32,000 bases of DNA from Flavobacteriaceae bacterium (GCA_965224465.1 OZ245049.1:1050001-1082000), one strand, 5' to 3'. Positions 7,882 through 17,029 are shown, counted from the first letter of the stretch. The notes: generated by a model not told the origin, from the letters alone. Made by a program: numbers and translations.

Positions 7882-9474
7882 ATGACTTTTTTAGAAGAGA
7901 TACAACGACGCCGAACTTTTGGAATTATTTCGCATCCAGATGCAGGTAAAACCACGCTAACAGAAAAACTCTTACTTTTTGGAGGAGCTATTCAGGAGGC
8001 AGGAGCCGTAAAAAATAATAAAATTAAAAAAGGAGCCACCTCCGATTTTATGGAAATAGAACGACAACGTGGTATTTCTGTTGCAACTTCGGTACTTGCT
8101 TTTATTTATAAGGACAAGAAAATTAATATTCTTGACACCCCTGGACATAAAGATTTTGCTGAAGATACTTTTAGAACTCTAACAGCCGTAGACAGTGTAA
8201 TTGTTGTTATAGATGTTGCTAAAGGAGTAGAAGCCCAAACAGAAAAATTGGTAGAAGTATGCCGCATGCGTAAAATCCCGATTATTGTTTTTATCAATAA
8301 AATGGATAGAGAAGGAAAAGATGCTTTTGACCTTTTAGATGAAGTAGAACAAAAACTTGGATTGAGAGTTACCCCTTTGAGTTTTCCTATTGGAATGGGA
8401 TATGATTTTCAAGGGATTTATAATATTTGGGATAAAAAAATTAACATCTTTTCTGCAGACAACAAACAGACGGTTTCTGACGGTGTAGAATTTAACGATA
8501 TTAACAACCCTGAATTAGATACTATTATTGGTTCTGATGCCGCAGATACTTTAAGAGAAGAACTAGAACTAGTCTTAGAGGTCTACCCAGCATTTAATCA
8601 GGAAGAGTATTTGAATGGAGATTTACAGCCTGTATTTTTTGGATCTGCTTTGAATAATTTTGGAGTAAAAGAATTGTTGGAGTGTTTTATTGAAATAGCC
8701 CCTACACCACAACCCAAAATGTCTGACATTAGATTGGTAGATTCAAAGGAGGAGAAAATGACCGCATTTGTATTTAAAATTCATGCGAATATGGATCCAA
8801 AACACAGAGACCGTTTGGCATTCTTAAAAATTGTTAGCGGAATATTTAAAAGAAACGCAAACTACCTTCATGTACGTAACAATAAAAAGATGAAATTCTC
8901 CAGTCCTAACACCTTCTTTGCAGAAAAAAAAGAAATTGTAGACGAATCTTTCCCTGGCGATATTGTAGGATTACACGATACAGGAAACTTTAAAATTGGA
9001 GATACGCTTACAGAAGGTGAAATATTACATTACAAAGGAATTCCTGCTTTTTCTCCAGAACATTTTAGATATGTAAACAATGCAGACCCTTTAAAGTCAA
9101 AACAATTACACAAAGGACTGGATCAATTAATGGATGAAGGTGTTGCTCAATTATTTACACTCGATTTAAATGGACGAAAAGTAATTGGAACAGTTGGAGC
9201 CCTACAGTACGAAGTAATCCAATACCGACTAGAACATGAATATGGTGCTAAATGTTCTTATGAAAACATAAATATTCACAAAGCATGTTGGGTACAATGT
9301 GACAATGAAAACAGTGAAGAATTTAAAGAATTTAAGCGGGTAAAACAACGTTACTTAGCAAAAGATAAAAGAAATCAATTGGTGTTTTTAGCCGATTCCG
9401 CCTTTTCTATTCAAATGACACAGGATAAATACCCTACCGTTAAATTGCATTTCACAAGTGAATTTGAATCATAA
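7882..9474 (+). CDS. prfC: Peptide chain release factor 3 (translational GTPase)
   Basis: 530 aa. The N-terminus RRRTFGIISHPDAGKTTLTEKLLLFGGAIQEAGAVK, DTPGHKDF and NKMDR are the G1/G3/G4 motifs in the RF3 arrangement. Confidence 0.95.
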   Translation: MTFLEEIQRRRTFGIISHPDAGKTTLTEKLLLFGGAIQEAGAVKNNKIKKGATSDFMEIERQRGISVATSVLAFIYKDKKINILDTPGHKDFAEDTFRTLTAVDSVIVVIDVAKGVEAQTEKLVEVCRMRKIPIIVFINKMDREGKDAFDLLDEVEQKLGLRVTPLSFPIGMGYDFQGIYNIWDKKINIFSADNKQTVSDGVEFNDINNPELDTIIGSDAADTLREELELVLEVYPAFNQEEYLNGDLQPVFFGSALNNFGVKELLECFIEIAPTPQPKMSDIRLVDSKEEKMTAFVFKIHANMDPKHRDRLAFLKIVSGIFKRNANYLHVRNNKKMKFSSPNTFFAEKKEIVDESFPGDIVGLHDTGNFKIGDTLTEGEILHYKGIPAFSPEHFRYVNNADPLKSKQLHKGLDQLMDEGVAQLFTLDLNGRKVIGTVGALQYEVIQYRLEHEYGAKCSYENINIHKACWVQCDNENSEEFKEFKRVKQRYLAKDKRNQLVFLADSAFSIQMTQDKYPTVKLHFTSEFES

Positions 9475-9480
9475 AAAATA

Positions 9481-9546
9481 ATGAATACTCACAAAACCAT
9501 GTTTATCTCTTAAATGTGGTTTTTAGTATTCATCGCTATTTTTTTT
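9481..9546. terminator. Bidirectional rho-independent terminator between prfC and the response regulator gene
   Basis: Long interrupted hairpin in which ATGAATACT (9481-9489) pairs with AGTATTCAT (9525-9533) and AAAACCA (9493-9499) pairs with TGGTTTT (9517-9523). A T-run follows on the plus strand (9538-9546) and an A-run (9473-9478) precedes it, which is a T-run on the minus strand. Confidence 0.7.
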
Positions 9547-9551
9547 AGTCC

Positions 9552-9908
9552 TTACATGTTCAAACACAAATTTAAAATTTCTGTTTTATTAAAAGGTTTT
9601 TGAAAAAAAGCAGTTACAAACTCTAAATCTTCGCATTCCTCCTGATAATCATAACCAGAAAGTATATAAAACTGAAGGTTACTATAGGCAATCTTAGCTT
9701 CTTTTATAAAAGCGATACCCGAAACCATGGGCATTTCTAGATCTGCAATAACCAAATCTATATCCGGCTCACTTTTGAGAATTTTAAACGCTTCACTCGC
9801 AGAAGAAGCCGTCAAAACTTCCACCTTTCCCAAAAAACTAAGTTTAAATAATTCTAAATTAAAAGGTTCATCATCTACATACAGCAATCGGGGTATTCTT
9901 TCTATCAT
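9552..9908 (-). CDS. Stand-alone response regulator receiver (CheY-like, no output domain)
   Basis: 118 aa with the acidic pocket LLYVDDEP, the phospho-acceptor context LVIADLEMP, and conserved YILSG and QKPF (Lys). Confidence 0.85.
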   Translation of the reverse strand: MIERIPRLLYVDDEPFNLELFKLSFLGKVEVLTASSASEAFKILKSEPDIDLVIADLEMPMVSGIAFIKEAKIAYSNLQFYILSGYDYQEECEDLEFVTAFFQKPFNKTEILNLCLNM

Positions 9909-9996
9909 TTTTTTTGATTAGCACATACTTAACTGGATTAAAAACAACCTAAAAACTATGTATGCTTTTTATTAATACTTCAAAGATACAATTAAA

Positions 9997-11829
9997 TTAA
10001 GACTTTAATTTATCTTGAACTACAGTGCCTAAAAACACAAAAGAAACAGTAGTTCCTTCCCCTAATACTGATTTTATTCTCACATTCGCTTTTTGTTCTT
10101 GAATGATATTATACACAATAGCCAACCCCAAGCCTGTTCCTTTTTCTGCTCTTTTGGTTGTAAAAAACGGATCAAACACTTTTTTTAAACTTTCTGGATC
10201 TATACCACAGCCCTCATCTCTTACATGAACAATAATTTTTGTTTTCAAAGCATTCATTCTAGTAGTCACTTCAATCACTCCAAAACCTTCAATAGATTGG
10301 ATGGCATTGTGAATTACATTAATAAAGACTTGGTGAAGCTTCCCTTCATCTCCAATAACCAGAGGTTTTTCAATAGAAAAATCGGTTAAAACCTTACATT
10401 TATCTTTGCTTTCATGGTTTAAAATCAGCAAACAATTCTGAATAACTTCATTTATATCACAACGTTCTGAAGCTGCATCACTAGTTCTACTAAACCTATT
10501 AAGGCTCCTAACAATTGTAGAAACACGATGCACTCCCACATTCATTTGTTCCAATACACGATATTTAGTTTTAAGTACTTCTTCTTCTGACCCCATTAAA
10601 TGACCATTCTCTAAGATGTTTTCTAAACTATAAATTCCCGTTTGAATAAAATTGAGGGGATTATTTATTTCATGAGCTACACCCGCCGTTAACACCCCAA
10701 TAGACGCCATCTTTTCTGACTGGATCAAGTGGCTTCTTGCATAATTCAAATCAACAATAGTATTAGATAACTCTGTATGTTTAACTTTCAATGCCGTATT
10801 TGCTTTGATTAAATTAAGGTTTAACTCTTTGAGTTCCTTTGTTCTCTGTTCCACCTGCTCTTCCAGTACCTTTTGATACTTTAATTGGGCTAATTCCTTA
10901 TTTCTTTTTTCTGTTACATCTCTTAAAACAGCTTGCATATAATGGCCTTCACCTTCCATTATATTCACATTTACTAAGTGTACTTCTAAAATAAATAGTT
11001 CACCTGTAGCACGTTTGTATTCCCATTCAAACATTTTTACCCGCTCATATTTAATCTCCAAAGTCAAGCGTTCTAACAAAAGGTCATCCAACACATAATC
11101 TCTAAATACTGGAGATGAATGAAAAGAAATATGCGTATTCAATATATAAGACTCTTCACAGCCAAATAAATCTAACACCTTTTGATTGCAGTCATAAACA
11201 ACGTAATCTTTTAATAAAACAATGGCTTCATTTGAGTTTTTAAACATCTGCTGAAACCTTTTATCACTATTTTCTATCTCTTTCAAATACCCTTCACTTA
11301 CTTTTTTACTGGATAACTTTATCACCAAACCAGAAAAAGAAATAATAAATAAACTAAGCCCATCTACAATCCATGAATATGTTTTTTCTGTGTAAATATT
11401 ATGATCTATTTTCACCGAAATCACATTATTTAAAATTAACACAACAGTCAAAACATAGGCGACAACTCCAGCGATAAAAAAAAATATATTTTTTCTAAAA
11501 CTTATAAATTCAGAAAAAAGTAAAGGACCTAAAAAAAGTAAAAATTTTCCTGAAGCAGAAAATCCATAAAAAATCATGCCTATGATACCGTATAAGATCA
11601 TTAAAATCATGATTATTGAAACTAGTTTTTTTGAACAAAAAACATTCCTAATAGAAAAAAATCCAAATGCTACTACGATAAGAAACGTCTGAAACACACT
11701 TGCATACAACATCCCAATATCTAAGGAGCGCTTATAGCCAATAACATTTCCTATTAACGCTAAAACAATAAACAAAAGGGTTGTTTTATGCAATGAAATT
11801 TTTTGCAATTTAAATCGAAAGGGGTTCAT
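9997..11829 (-). CDS. Sensor histidine kinase (multi-TM N-terminal domain, PAS, coiled coil, HisKA, HATPase_c)
   Basis: 610 aa with about 6 N-terminal TM helices, a PAS-like segment (FQQMFKNSNEAIVLL ... LRDVTEKR) and the H-box GVAHEINNPLNF. The N-box is NVIHNAIQS, G1 is RDEGCGI and G2 is GTGLGLAIV. Confidence 0.9.
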   Translation of the reverse strand: MNPFRFKLQKISLHKTTLLFIVLALIGNVIGYKRSLDIGMLYASVFQTFLIVVAFGFFSIRNVFCSKKLVSIIMILMILYGIIGMIFYGFSASGKFLLFLGPLLFSEFISFRKNIFFFIAGVVAYVLTVVLILNNVISVKIDHNIYTEKTYSWIVDGLSLFIISFSGLVIKLSSKKVSEGYLKEIENSDKRFQQMFKNSNEAIVLLKDYVVYDCNQKVLDLFGCEESYILNTHISFHSSPVFRDYVLDDLLLERLTLEIKYERVKMFEWEYKRATGELFILEVHLVNVNIMEGEGHYMQAVLRDVTEKRNKELAQLKYQKVLEEQVEQRTKELKELNLNLIKANTALKVKHTELSNTIVDLNYARSHLIQSEKMASIGVLTAGVAHEINNPLNFIQTGIYSLENILENGHLMGSEEEVLKTKYRVLEQMNVGVHRVSTIVRSLNRFSRTSDAASERCDINEVIQNCLLILNHESKDKCKVLTDFSIEKPLVIGDEGKLHQVFINVIHNAIQSIEGFGVIEVTTRMNALKTKIIVHVRDEGCGIDPESLKKVFDPFFTTKRAEKGTGLGLAIVYNIIQEQKANVRIKSVLGEGTTVSFVFLGTVVQDKLKS

Positions 11830-11880
11830 AAACAGAAGAAATAAAGGTAATTTTAAACAAAACTACGAAAAGATTTTCAT

Positions 11881-12537
11881 TTACCAATCTACTGAATCCT
11901 TTTTAATGTAATTATTACACTTACTAAAGTGACTATTCTCAAACCAATACCCTCTATTTGCGCTCAATGGAGAAGGGTGACCACTTTCTAAAACTAAATG
12001 CTTGGTTCTATCAATCTTTTTTCCTTTCTTTTTTGCGTATCCTCCCCAAAGGAGAAATACCACATTTTTTTTATCCTCCGAAATCGTTTGAATTACATGG
12101 TCTGTAAATTTCTCCCATCCTATTTTCTGATGAGATCCTGGTTTCCCTTCCTCTACTGTAAGTATCGCATTTAATAATAAAACGCCTTGTTTTGCCCAAC
12201 GCTCCAAACAACCATCAAAAGAAGGCTTTACACCTAAATCTAAATGTAATTCTTTAAAAATATTACCTAATGATGGCGGTATTTTAATACCAGGATTCAC
12301 AGAAAAACACAAGCCATTTGCCTGTCCTTTTCCATGATAAGGGTCTTGTCCGATTACAACCACCTTCAGATCTTCAAAAGAACATAGCTTAAAAGCAGAA
12401 AAAATGAGTTCTTTAGGAGGGTAACATGTAGCTTTCATATAAGCGTCATCAACATAACGTTGTAATTCTTTAAAATATGGTTGTTTTAATTCTTGTTCTA
12501 AAACCTGTCTCCAGGAATTGGCAATTTTTAGTTCCAT
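11881..12537 (-). CDS. ung: Uracil-DNA glycosylase, family 1
   Basis: 218 aa with the water-activating loop GQDPYHG, GLCFSV, the GVLLLN motif and the C-terminal HPSPLS leucine-intercalation loop. Confidence 0.95.
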   Translation of the reverse strand: MELKIANSWRQVLEQELKQPYFKELQRYVDDAYMKATCYPPKELIFSAFKLCSFEDLKVVVIGQDPYHGKGQANGLCFSVNPGIKIPPSLGNIFKELHLDLGVKPSFDGCLERWAKQGVLLLNAILTVEEGKPGSHQKIGWEKFTDHVIQTISEDKKNVVFLLWGGYAKKKGKKIDRTKHLVLESGHPSPLSANRGYWFENSHFSKCNNYIKKDSVDW

Positions 12538-12561
12538 GTTTGTAGTTTAGTTAATATAAGC

Positions 12562-12569
12562 TACTTTTG
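12562..12569 (+). promoter_or_regulatory. -7 promoter box TACTTTTG upstream of the mutS2-like gene
   Basis: Exact TAnnTTTG match, 27 nt upstream of the ATG at 12596. Confidence 0.45.
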
Positions 12570-12595
12570 CGTAGCTTTCAAAAATAAGCATTTTT

Positions 12596-14797
12596 ATGGG
12601 TGAAATTTCAAAAAAAACATTGATAGACTTAGAATTTAATAGTGTTCTAACACGTATATCTGAATTCTGTATCTCAAATTTAGGAAAAACCAAGATTTTA
12701 GACATTAAACCCATCTCCAATCACACCTTATTATTTAAAGAGTTGAATTTAGCAAATGAGTATTTGTCTTCATTTGCCAATGACAATAGACTTCCTAGTC
12801 ATCATTTTGAAGAAGTAACCCAAGAATTACACGCACTAAATATTGAAAACAATTATTTAAATCCCTCTTCATTTTTAAAATTGGCAACTATTTCAATTAC
12901 GGTAAACGACACCATACGTTTTCTGAAAAAATTGAATAAAATATATGTCCATTTACACCAAGATTCTCTAAAATTGGTACACACAAAAGAAATTGAAACA
13001 AAAATAACAAAAGTTATCAGTTCTTTTGGAGAAGTAGAATCTTCTGCAAGTCCAATGCTCAAACAATTGAGAAAAGATATTGCGGTCGTAAGAGCAAGTA
13101 TTGGTCAAAGCTTTACAAGGGTTTTAAGTAAATATGCGGCGGCTGGATTTCTAGCTGACATCCGAGAGTCTATTATTGACAATCAACGCGTCTTGGCTGT
13201 AGTTCCAATGCATCGTAAAAAAATTAAAGGAAGTTTATTGGGAACATCTAAAACAGGAAGCATCATTTTTATAGAACCCGAAGCTACGAGACAATACACC
13301 CGTGAACTCCAAAATTTATTATTTGAAGAAAAACAAGAAATTATACGTATTTTAAAAAATCTCACCGATGAAATTCGTGAATTTCAACCAGTACTATCAC
13401 AATATCAAGATTACTTAGCACAATTAGACCGTCTAGGAGCAAGTGCAAAGTATGCGCATAAAATAAATGCATGCCTTCCAAAGATAGTCTCTGAAAAAGA
13501 AATTTATTTTAAAGATGCATTACATCCAATATTATTAGAAAACAACAAAAAGAAAAATTTAGAGACCGTTCCTCAAACCTTAGAACTCAATAAAAAACAG
13601 CAAATAATTGTGATTTCTGGCCCCAATGCTGGTGGAAAAAGTATTACACTTAAAACCATTGGATTGCTCCAAATAATGCTACAAAGCGGATTGTTAATAC
13701 CCGTTCACGAACGTTCTAAAACATGTATTTTTAATAGTATTCTCACAGACATTGGCGACAATCAATCTATAGAAAACCAATTGAGCACCTATAGTTATCG
13801 CCTAAAAAATATGCGTAATTTTTTACGTAATTGTGATAAAGACACCTTGTTTTTAATTGATGAATTTGGAACAGGAAGTGATCCAGAACTTGGAGGAGCA
13901 CTCGCAGAAGTGTTTTTAGAAGAATTTTATGAGAAAAAAGCATTCGGTATTATTACCACGCATTATGCCAACCTAAAAGTACTCGCCAACGAATTAGAGA
14001 ATGTAGCCAATGCAAATATGCAATTTGACGAACAAAGCTTACAACCTCTATTCAAACTATTTATTGGACAAGCAGGAAGTTCGTTTACGTTTGAAGTAGC
14101 ACAAAAAAACGGGATTCCATTTAGACTGATAAATCGTGCAAAAAAGAAGGTAGAAGGAGAAAAGATACGATTGGATAAAACAATTTCAAAATTGCAAAAA
14201 GAACGTAACAAACTTCAAAAAACTACTGAAAATCTAGAAAAAGAAAAAGCAAAAGCAGTAGAACATACCGATAATTTATCTAGTACACAATCTAAAATTC
14301 AAGAAAAACTAGAGAGCTTTCAAGAATTATACGACAGCAATCAAAAAATGTTGAGTATTGGAAGAAAAATAAACGAAATTACCAATCGCTATTTCCAGAC
14401 AAGTAACAAAAAAGAACTATTCGCTTCCTTTTATAAATGGATTATCATCGAGAAATCCAAATATATAAAAAACAAACCTGAAGCGCCAAAATCCAAACCT
14501 GCAAAAAAACAACTAAAGGAAGTAGAAAAAAAGAAGAAAGAGGCTTTAAAAGACACCGAAAAAGAGATCTTAGAAAAAGTAGCAACAATACGAACGGAAC
14601 AAAAAGAAACGGAAAAAAAGCGCGCCTTAATCAAAGCGAGCTACGTATTTAAAATAAAAGATAAAGTGAGACTAATGAATAGTAAATCTTGCGGTACCAT
14701 TGAAAAAATAGAAAAATCAACGGCCTTTATAAATTTCGGATTCTTCACTACAAAAACAAAATTATCTAATTTAGAATTTGTTGAAAAAACAACATAA
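12596..14797 (+). CDS. mutS2: MutS2-family protein (MutS domain V ATPase, no recognisable Smr domain)
   Basis: 733 aa with Walker A GPNAGGKS, Walker B LFLIDEFGTGSDP and TTHY. A long K/E-rich coiled coil is followed by a short C-terminal beta segment. No LDLHG-type Smr motif was seen. Confidence 0.85.
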   Translation: MGEISKKTLIDLEFNSVLTRISEFCISNLGKTKILDIKPISNHTLLFKELNLANEYLSSFANDNRLPSHHFEEVTQELHALNIENNYLNPSSFLKLATISITVNDTIRFLKKLNKIYVHLHQDSLKLVHTKEIETKITKVISSFGEVESSASPMLKQLRKDIAVVRASIGQSFTRVLSKYAAAGFLADIRESIIDNQRVLAVVPMHRKKIKGSLLGTSKTGSIIFIEPEATRQYTRELQNLLFEEKQEIIRILKNLTDEIREFQPVLSQYQDYLAQLDRLGASAKYAHKINACLPKIVSEKEIYFKDALHPILLENNKKKNLETVPQTLELNKKQQIIVISGPNAGGKSITLKTIGLLQIMLQSGLLIPVHERSKTCIFNSILTDIGDNQSIENQLSTYSYRLKNMRNFLRNCDKDTLFLIDEFGTGSDPELGGALAEVFLEEFYEKKAFGIITTHYANLKVLANELENVANANMQFDEQSLQPLFKLFIGQAGSSFTFEVAQKNGIPFRLINRAKKKVEGEKIRLDKTISKLQKERNKLQKTTENLEKEKAKAVEHTDNLSSTQSKIQEKLESFQELYDSNQKMLSIGRKINEITNRYFQTSNKKELFASFYKWIIIEKSKYIKNKPEAPKSKPAKKQLKEVEKKKKEALKDTEKEILEKVATIRTEQKETEKKRALIKASYVFKIKDKVRLMNSKSCGTIEKIEKSTAFINFGFFTTKTKLSNLEFVEKTT

Positions 14798-14934
14798 TTT
14801 ACACTTTTTCAGTATTTACTGTTTAATTATTTGATTATTAGATATTTTATATGTAATTTTAACCTTAATAACAGTACCCATTTACATTGAAAAAGAAAAA
14901 GAGACTAAACTAACCCAATTTAGTATCTTTAATA

Positions 14935-15162
14935 ATGGAACCAAACTTTAACGTAACCTCACTTACCCCTCCTTTAATTATTGCCTTGGCAATAGTTTTT
15001 GTGTTTGTTGTCTTGTTTATAATTAACAGCAGTAAAAGAAAGAAAAAGAAAGCAAAAAATTATTGCCAAAGTTCAACTGAAATTGACTTAAAAGATTACA
15101 CCGAAACAAATATTGTCAAGGCAAAAAAAACATTTGAACGTGGAGGAATTCAAGTTCAATGA
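14935..15162 (+). CDS. Small single-pass membrane protein (hypothetical)
   Basis: 75-aa ORF with one clear TM (PPLIIALAIVFVFVVLFII) followed by a KRKKKKAK stop-transfer cluster. It lies in an otherwise empty intergenic region. There is no other support. Confidence 0.3.
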   Translation: MEPNFNVTSLTPPLIIALAIVFVFVVLFIINSSKRKKKKAKNYCQSSTEIDLKDYTETNIVKAKKTFERGGIQVQ

Positions 15163-15209
15163 CTAAAAACACAGACGTTTTATCAATAAATAAGTGAACT
15201 TTAACTTAT

Positions 15210-15217
15210 TAGCTTTG
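15210..15217 (+). promoter_or_regulatory. -7 promoter box TAGCTTTG upstream of the OmpA-family gene
   Basis: Exact TAnnTTTG match, 38 nt upstream of the ATG at 15255. Confidence 0.4.
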
Positions 15218-15254
15218 TGATTTGAAAATAATTTAGTAATTTTAAATAAAAAAA

Positions 15255-16175
15255 ATGCTAAATTTCGTAAAATCCTTGTTATTGTTTTTAGTTTATGCGG
15301 CTATTGCTTTAACATTACATCAAAAAGTAAGTAACCTTATTTGTGGAGAGTGCTCCACAAACCATTTGGAGACGCCCAAACATTCCAAACGTCCACCAGA
15401 CATCTTGTCTAGCCAAAAAGATTCACTTCCTACATTCAGGAAGCTTACAGTGAATGGTCTTAAAGGAAAGGCACTGTTTTCCTTTCGTCAAGGATTTCTT
15501 ATCCACAACAAAAATGCAGCTATTAAATACCCAGACAGCGCATCTTTTATTCACAAATCACTCTTTGACTATCTCAACAATCACCAACAAAGAGAACTCC
15601 TTATTACAGGGTCATACCTATCCCACGAAGTTGATAGCAATACACAAAAAAACTGGGGACAACTACGAGCTCAAGAATTAAAAAACACATTAGTTAATTA
15701 CGGCATTAGCACAGATCGAATTTCTACAGATTCTGAACTAGGCAACTTCAACTATGATCATTCCGGATATTACGCCTATGGTGTACAACTAAATTTGAGA
15801 GACATTCCAGAAAAAAATATTGCTAACATTGAATTGGGAATTGCAAATAAGACACTGTACTCAAAATTCAATTCCAAATCATTTATTCCAGACAATACAC
15901 TTAAAGGATATGTATTAGAACTAAAAAACTATTTAAAAAAATACCCGAACAAACACGTCTATATAGAAGGACATACCGACAATGTTGGCTCGAGTGAAAC
16001 AAACCATTGGTTTGCAATGCAACGAGCAGAAACCATCCGACAATATTTAATCAAAAACGGTATCTCTAGAAAAATTATAAGGGCTAAAAGTCGAGGAGCA
16101 AAAAAACCTATAAGTGCGAACAACACCTTTAAAGGAAGAGCTAAAAACAGAAGAATAGAAATCACTTTAAAATAA
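15255..16175 (+). CDS. OmpA-family (peptidoglycan-binding OmpA/MotB C-terminal domain) protein
   Basis: 306 aa with an N-terminal TM/signal. The C-terminal motif is IEGHTDNVGSSETNHWFAMQRAETIRQYLIKNGI ... NRRIEI, which is the OmpA_C signature. Confidence 0.85.
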   Translation: MLNFVKSLLLFLVYAAIALTLHQKVSNLICGECSTNHLETPKHSKRPPDILSSQKDSLPTFRKLTVNGLKGKALFSFRQGFLIHNKNAAIKYPDSASFIHKSLFDYLNNHQQRELLITGSYLSHEVDSNTQKNWGQLRAQELKNTLVNYGISTDRISTDSELGNFNYDHSGYYAYGVQLNLRDIPEKNIANIELGIANKTLYSKFNSKSFIPDNTLKGYVLELKNYLKKYPNKHVYIEGHTDNVGSSETNHWFAMQRAETIRQYLIKNGISRKIIRAKSRGAKKPISANNTFKGRAKNRRIEITLK

Positions 16176-16185
16176 AAAAACTGCT

Positions 16186-16806
16186 ATGAATACACTATTT
16201 ACAAATCAAAATACAGCACACCTTATCGAATTATTTTTATGGATGCTCGGTGCTTTTATACTCGGATGGCTGCTCTCTAGAATATTTTCATCAAAAAGAG
16301 AAAAAATCGTAGAAAAAAAAGTAATCGTAGAAAAGAAAATTTACGTAGATAAAATAATTTACAGAGACAAAGATTCACGCGAAACTACAACCGAGAAATC
16401 AGCACTTCCTATTACAGAAAAACTTATAGTAATTCCTAAAACAAAACCTATAACCACCGTTATTCCAAGCATTCAAGAACGCGAAGATTCAGCATCAAAT
16501 ACGGCAACAGAAACAACAGGATTAAACTTCGCAAGTTTCGGAAAGGCTTTAGCATCAGACAAAGACGATCTTAAGCGCATTAGCGGGATAGGTCCTGCGA
16601 TTGAAAAAAAACTAAATGGAATCGGAATATTCACATACCAACAAATAAGTAAATTTGTAGTTAAAGACATGACGGATATTACAGATCTAATCACATTTTT
16701 CCCAGGAAGAATAGAAAGAGATCACTGGGTACAACAGGCAAAAAATTTGGTAAAAGGAATTGATACTGATTTCAGTAAACGTGTAGATAAAGGAGATATT
16801 TATTAA
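16186..16806 (+). CDS. Membrane-anchored protein with C-terminal helix-hairpin-helix-like domain (hypothetical)
   Basis: 206 aa with an N-terminal TM (LIELFLWMLGAFILGWLL) and pentapeptide-like repeats (KIVEK KVIVE KKIYV DKIIY). The C-terminal DDLKRISGIGPAIEKKLNGIGIFTYQQISKF is HhH-type. It starts 10 nt after the OmpA-family gene. Confidence 0.6.
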   Translation: MNTLFTNQNTAHLIELFLWMLGAFILGWLLSRIFSSKREKIVEKKVIVEKKIYVDKIIYRDKDSRETTTEKSALPITEKLIVIPKTKPITTVIPSIQEREDSASNTATETTGLNFASFGKALASDKDDLKRISGIGPAIEKKLNGIGIFTYQQISKFVVKDMTDITDLITFFPGRIERDHWVQQAKNLVKGIDTDFSKRVDKGDIY

Positions 16807-16819
16807 ATTAGTGAGACAC

Positions 16820-16980
16820 CCATTAAAATCCAAAATGACAGATATAGATAGTTTATTTTACGCACTAGCATTGTTAAACAATAGAACGATAACTAAGGCT
16901 ATCCATCCATTTTTCACCTAGCTAAAACAAAAAACAATTCAATTTATAAACTGTCACTTGGAAATATATTTGGTATAAAC
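16820..16980 (+). repeat. Dispersed intergenic repeat, copy B (161 bp)
   Basis: Aligns end to end with 30613-30773 and with the reverse complement of 6891-7075. It contains an ATG-initiated 28-codon ORF (16835-16921). Confidence 0.85.
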
Positions 16981-16982
16981 AT

Positions 16983-17013
16983 AAAAAAGGCAACCTACTT
17001 GGCTGCCTTTTTT
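16983..17013. terminator. Bidirectional rho-independent terminator
   Basis: AAAAAAGGCAACC-TACTT-GGCTGCCTTTTTT forms a 7-bp GC-rich stem with one mismatch, flanked by a 6-A run and a 6-T run that can extend the stem. It sits between convergent genes. Confidence 0.75.
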
Positions 17014-17029
17014 ATGTATTCTAACAGAA

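Noticed and set aside
7882-9474. Checked prfC for a programmed frameshift
   Set aside because: Programmed +1 frameshifting is a feature of prfB (RF2), not RF3, and this ORF is continuous and full length.
14200-14640. Purine-rich, repetitive-looking DNA (AAAAAGAA runs) suggestive of a simple-sequence repeat
   Set aside because: It is in frame within the mutS2-like gene and encodes a K/E-rich coiled coil. There is no fixed repeat unit.
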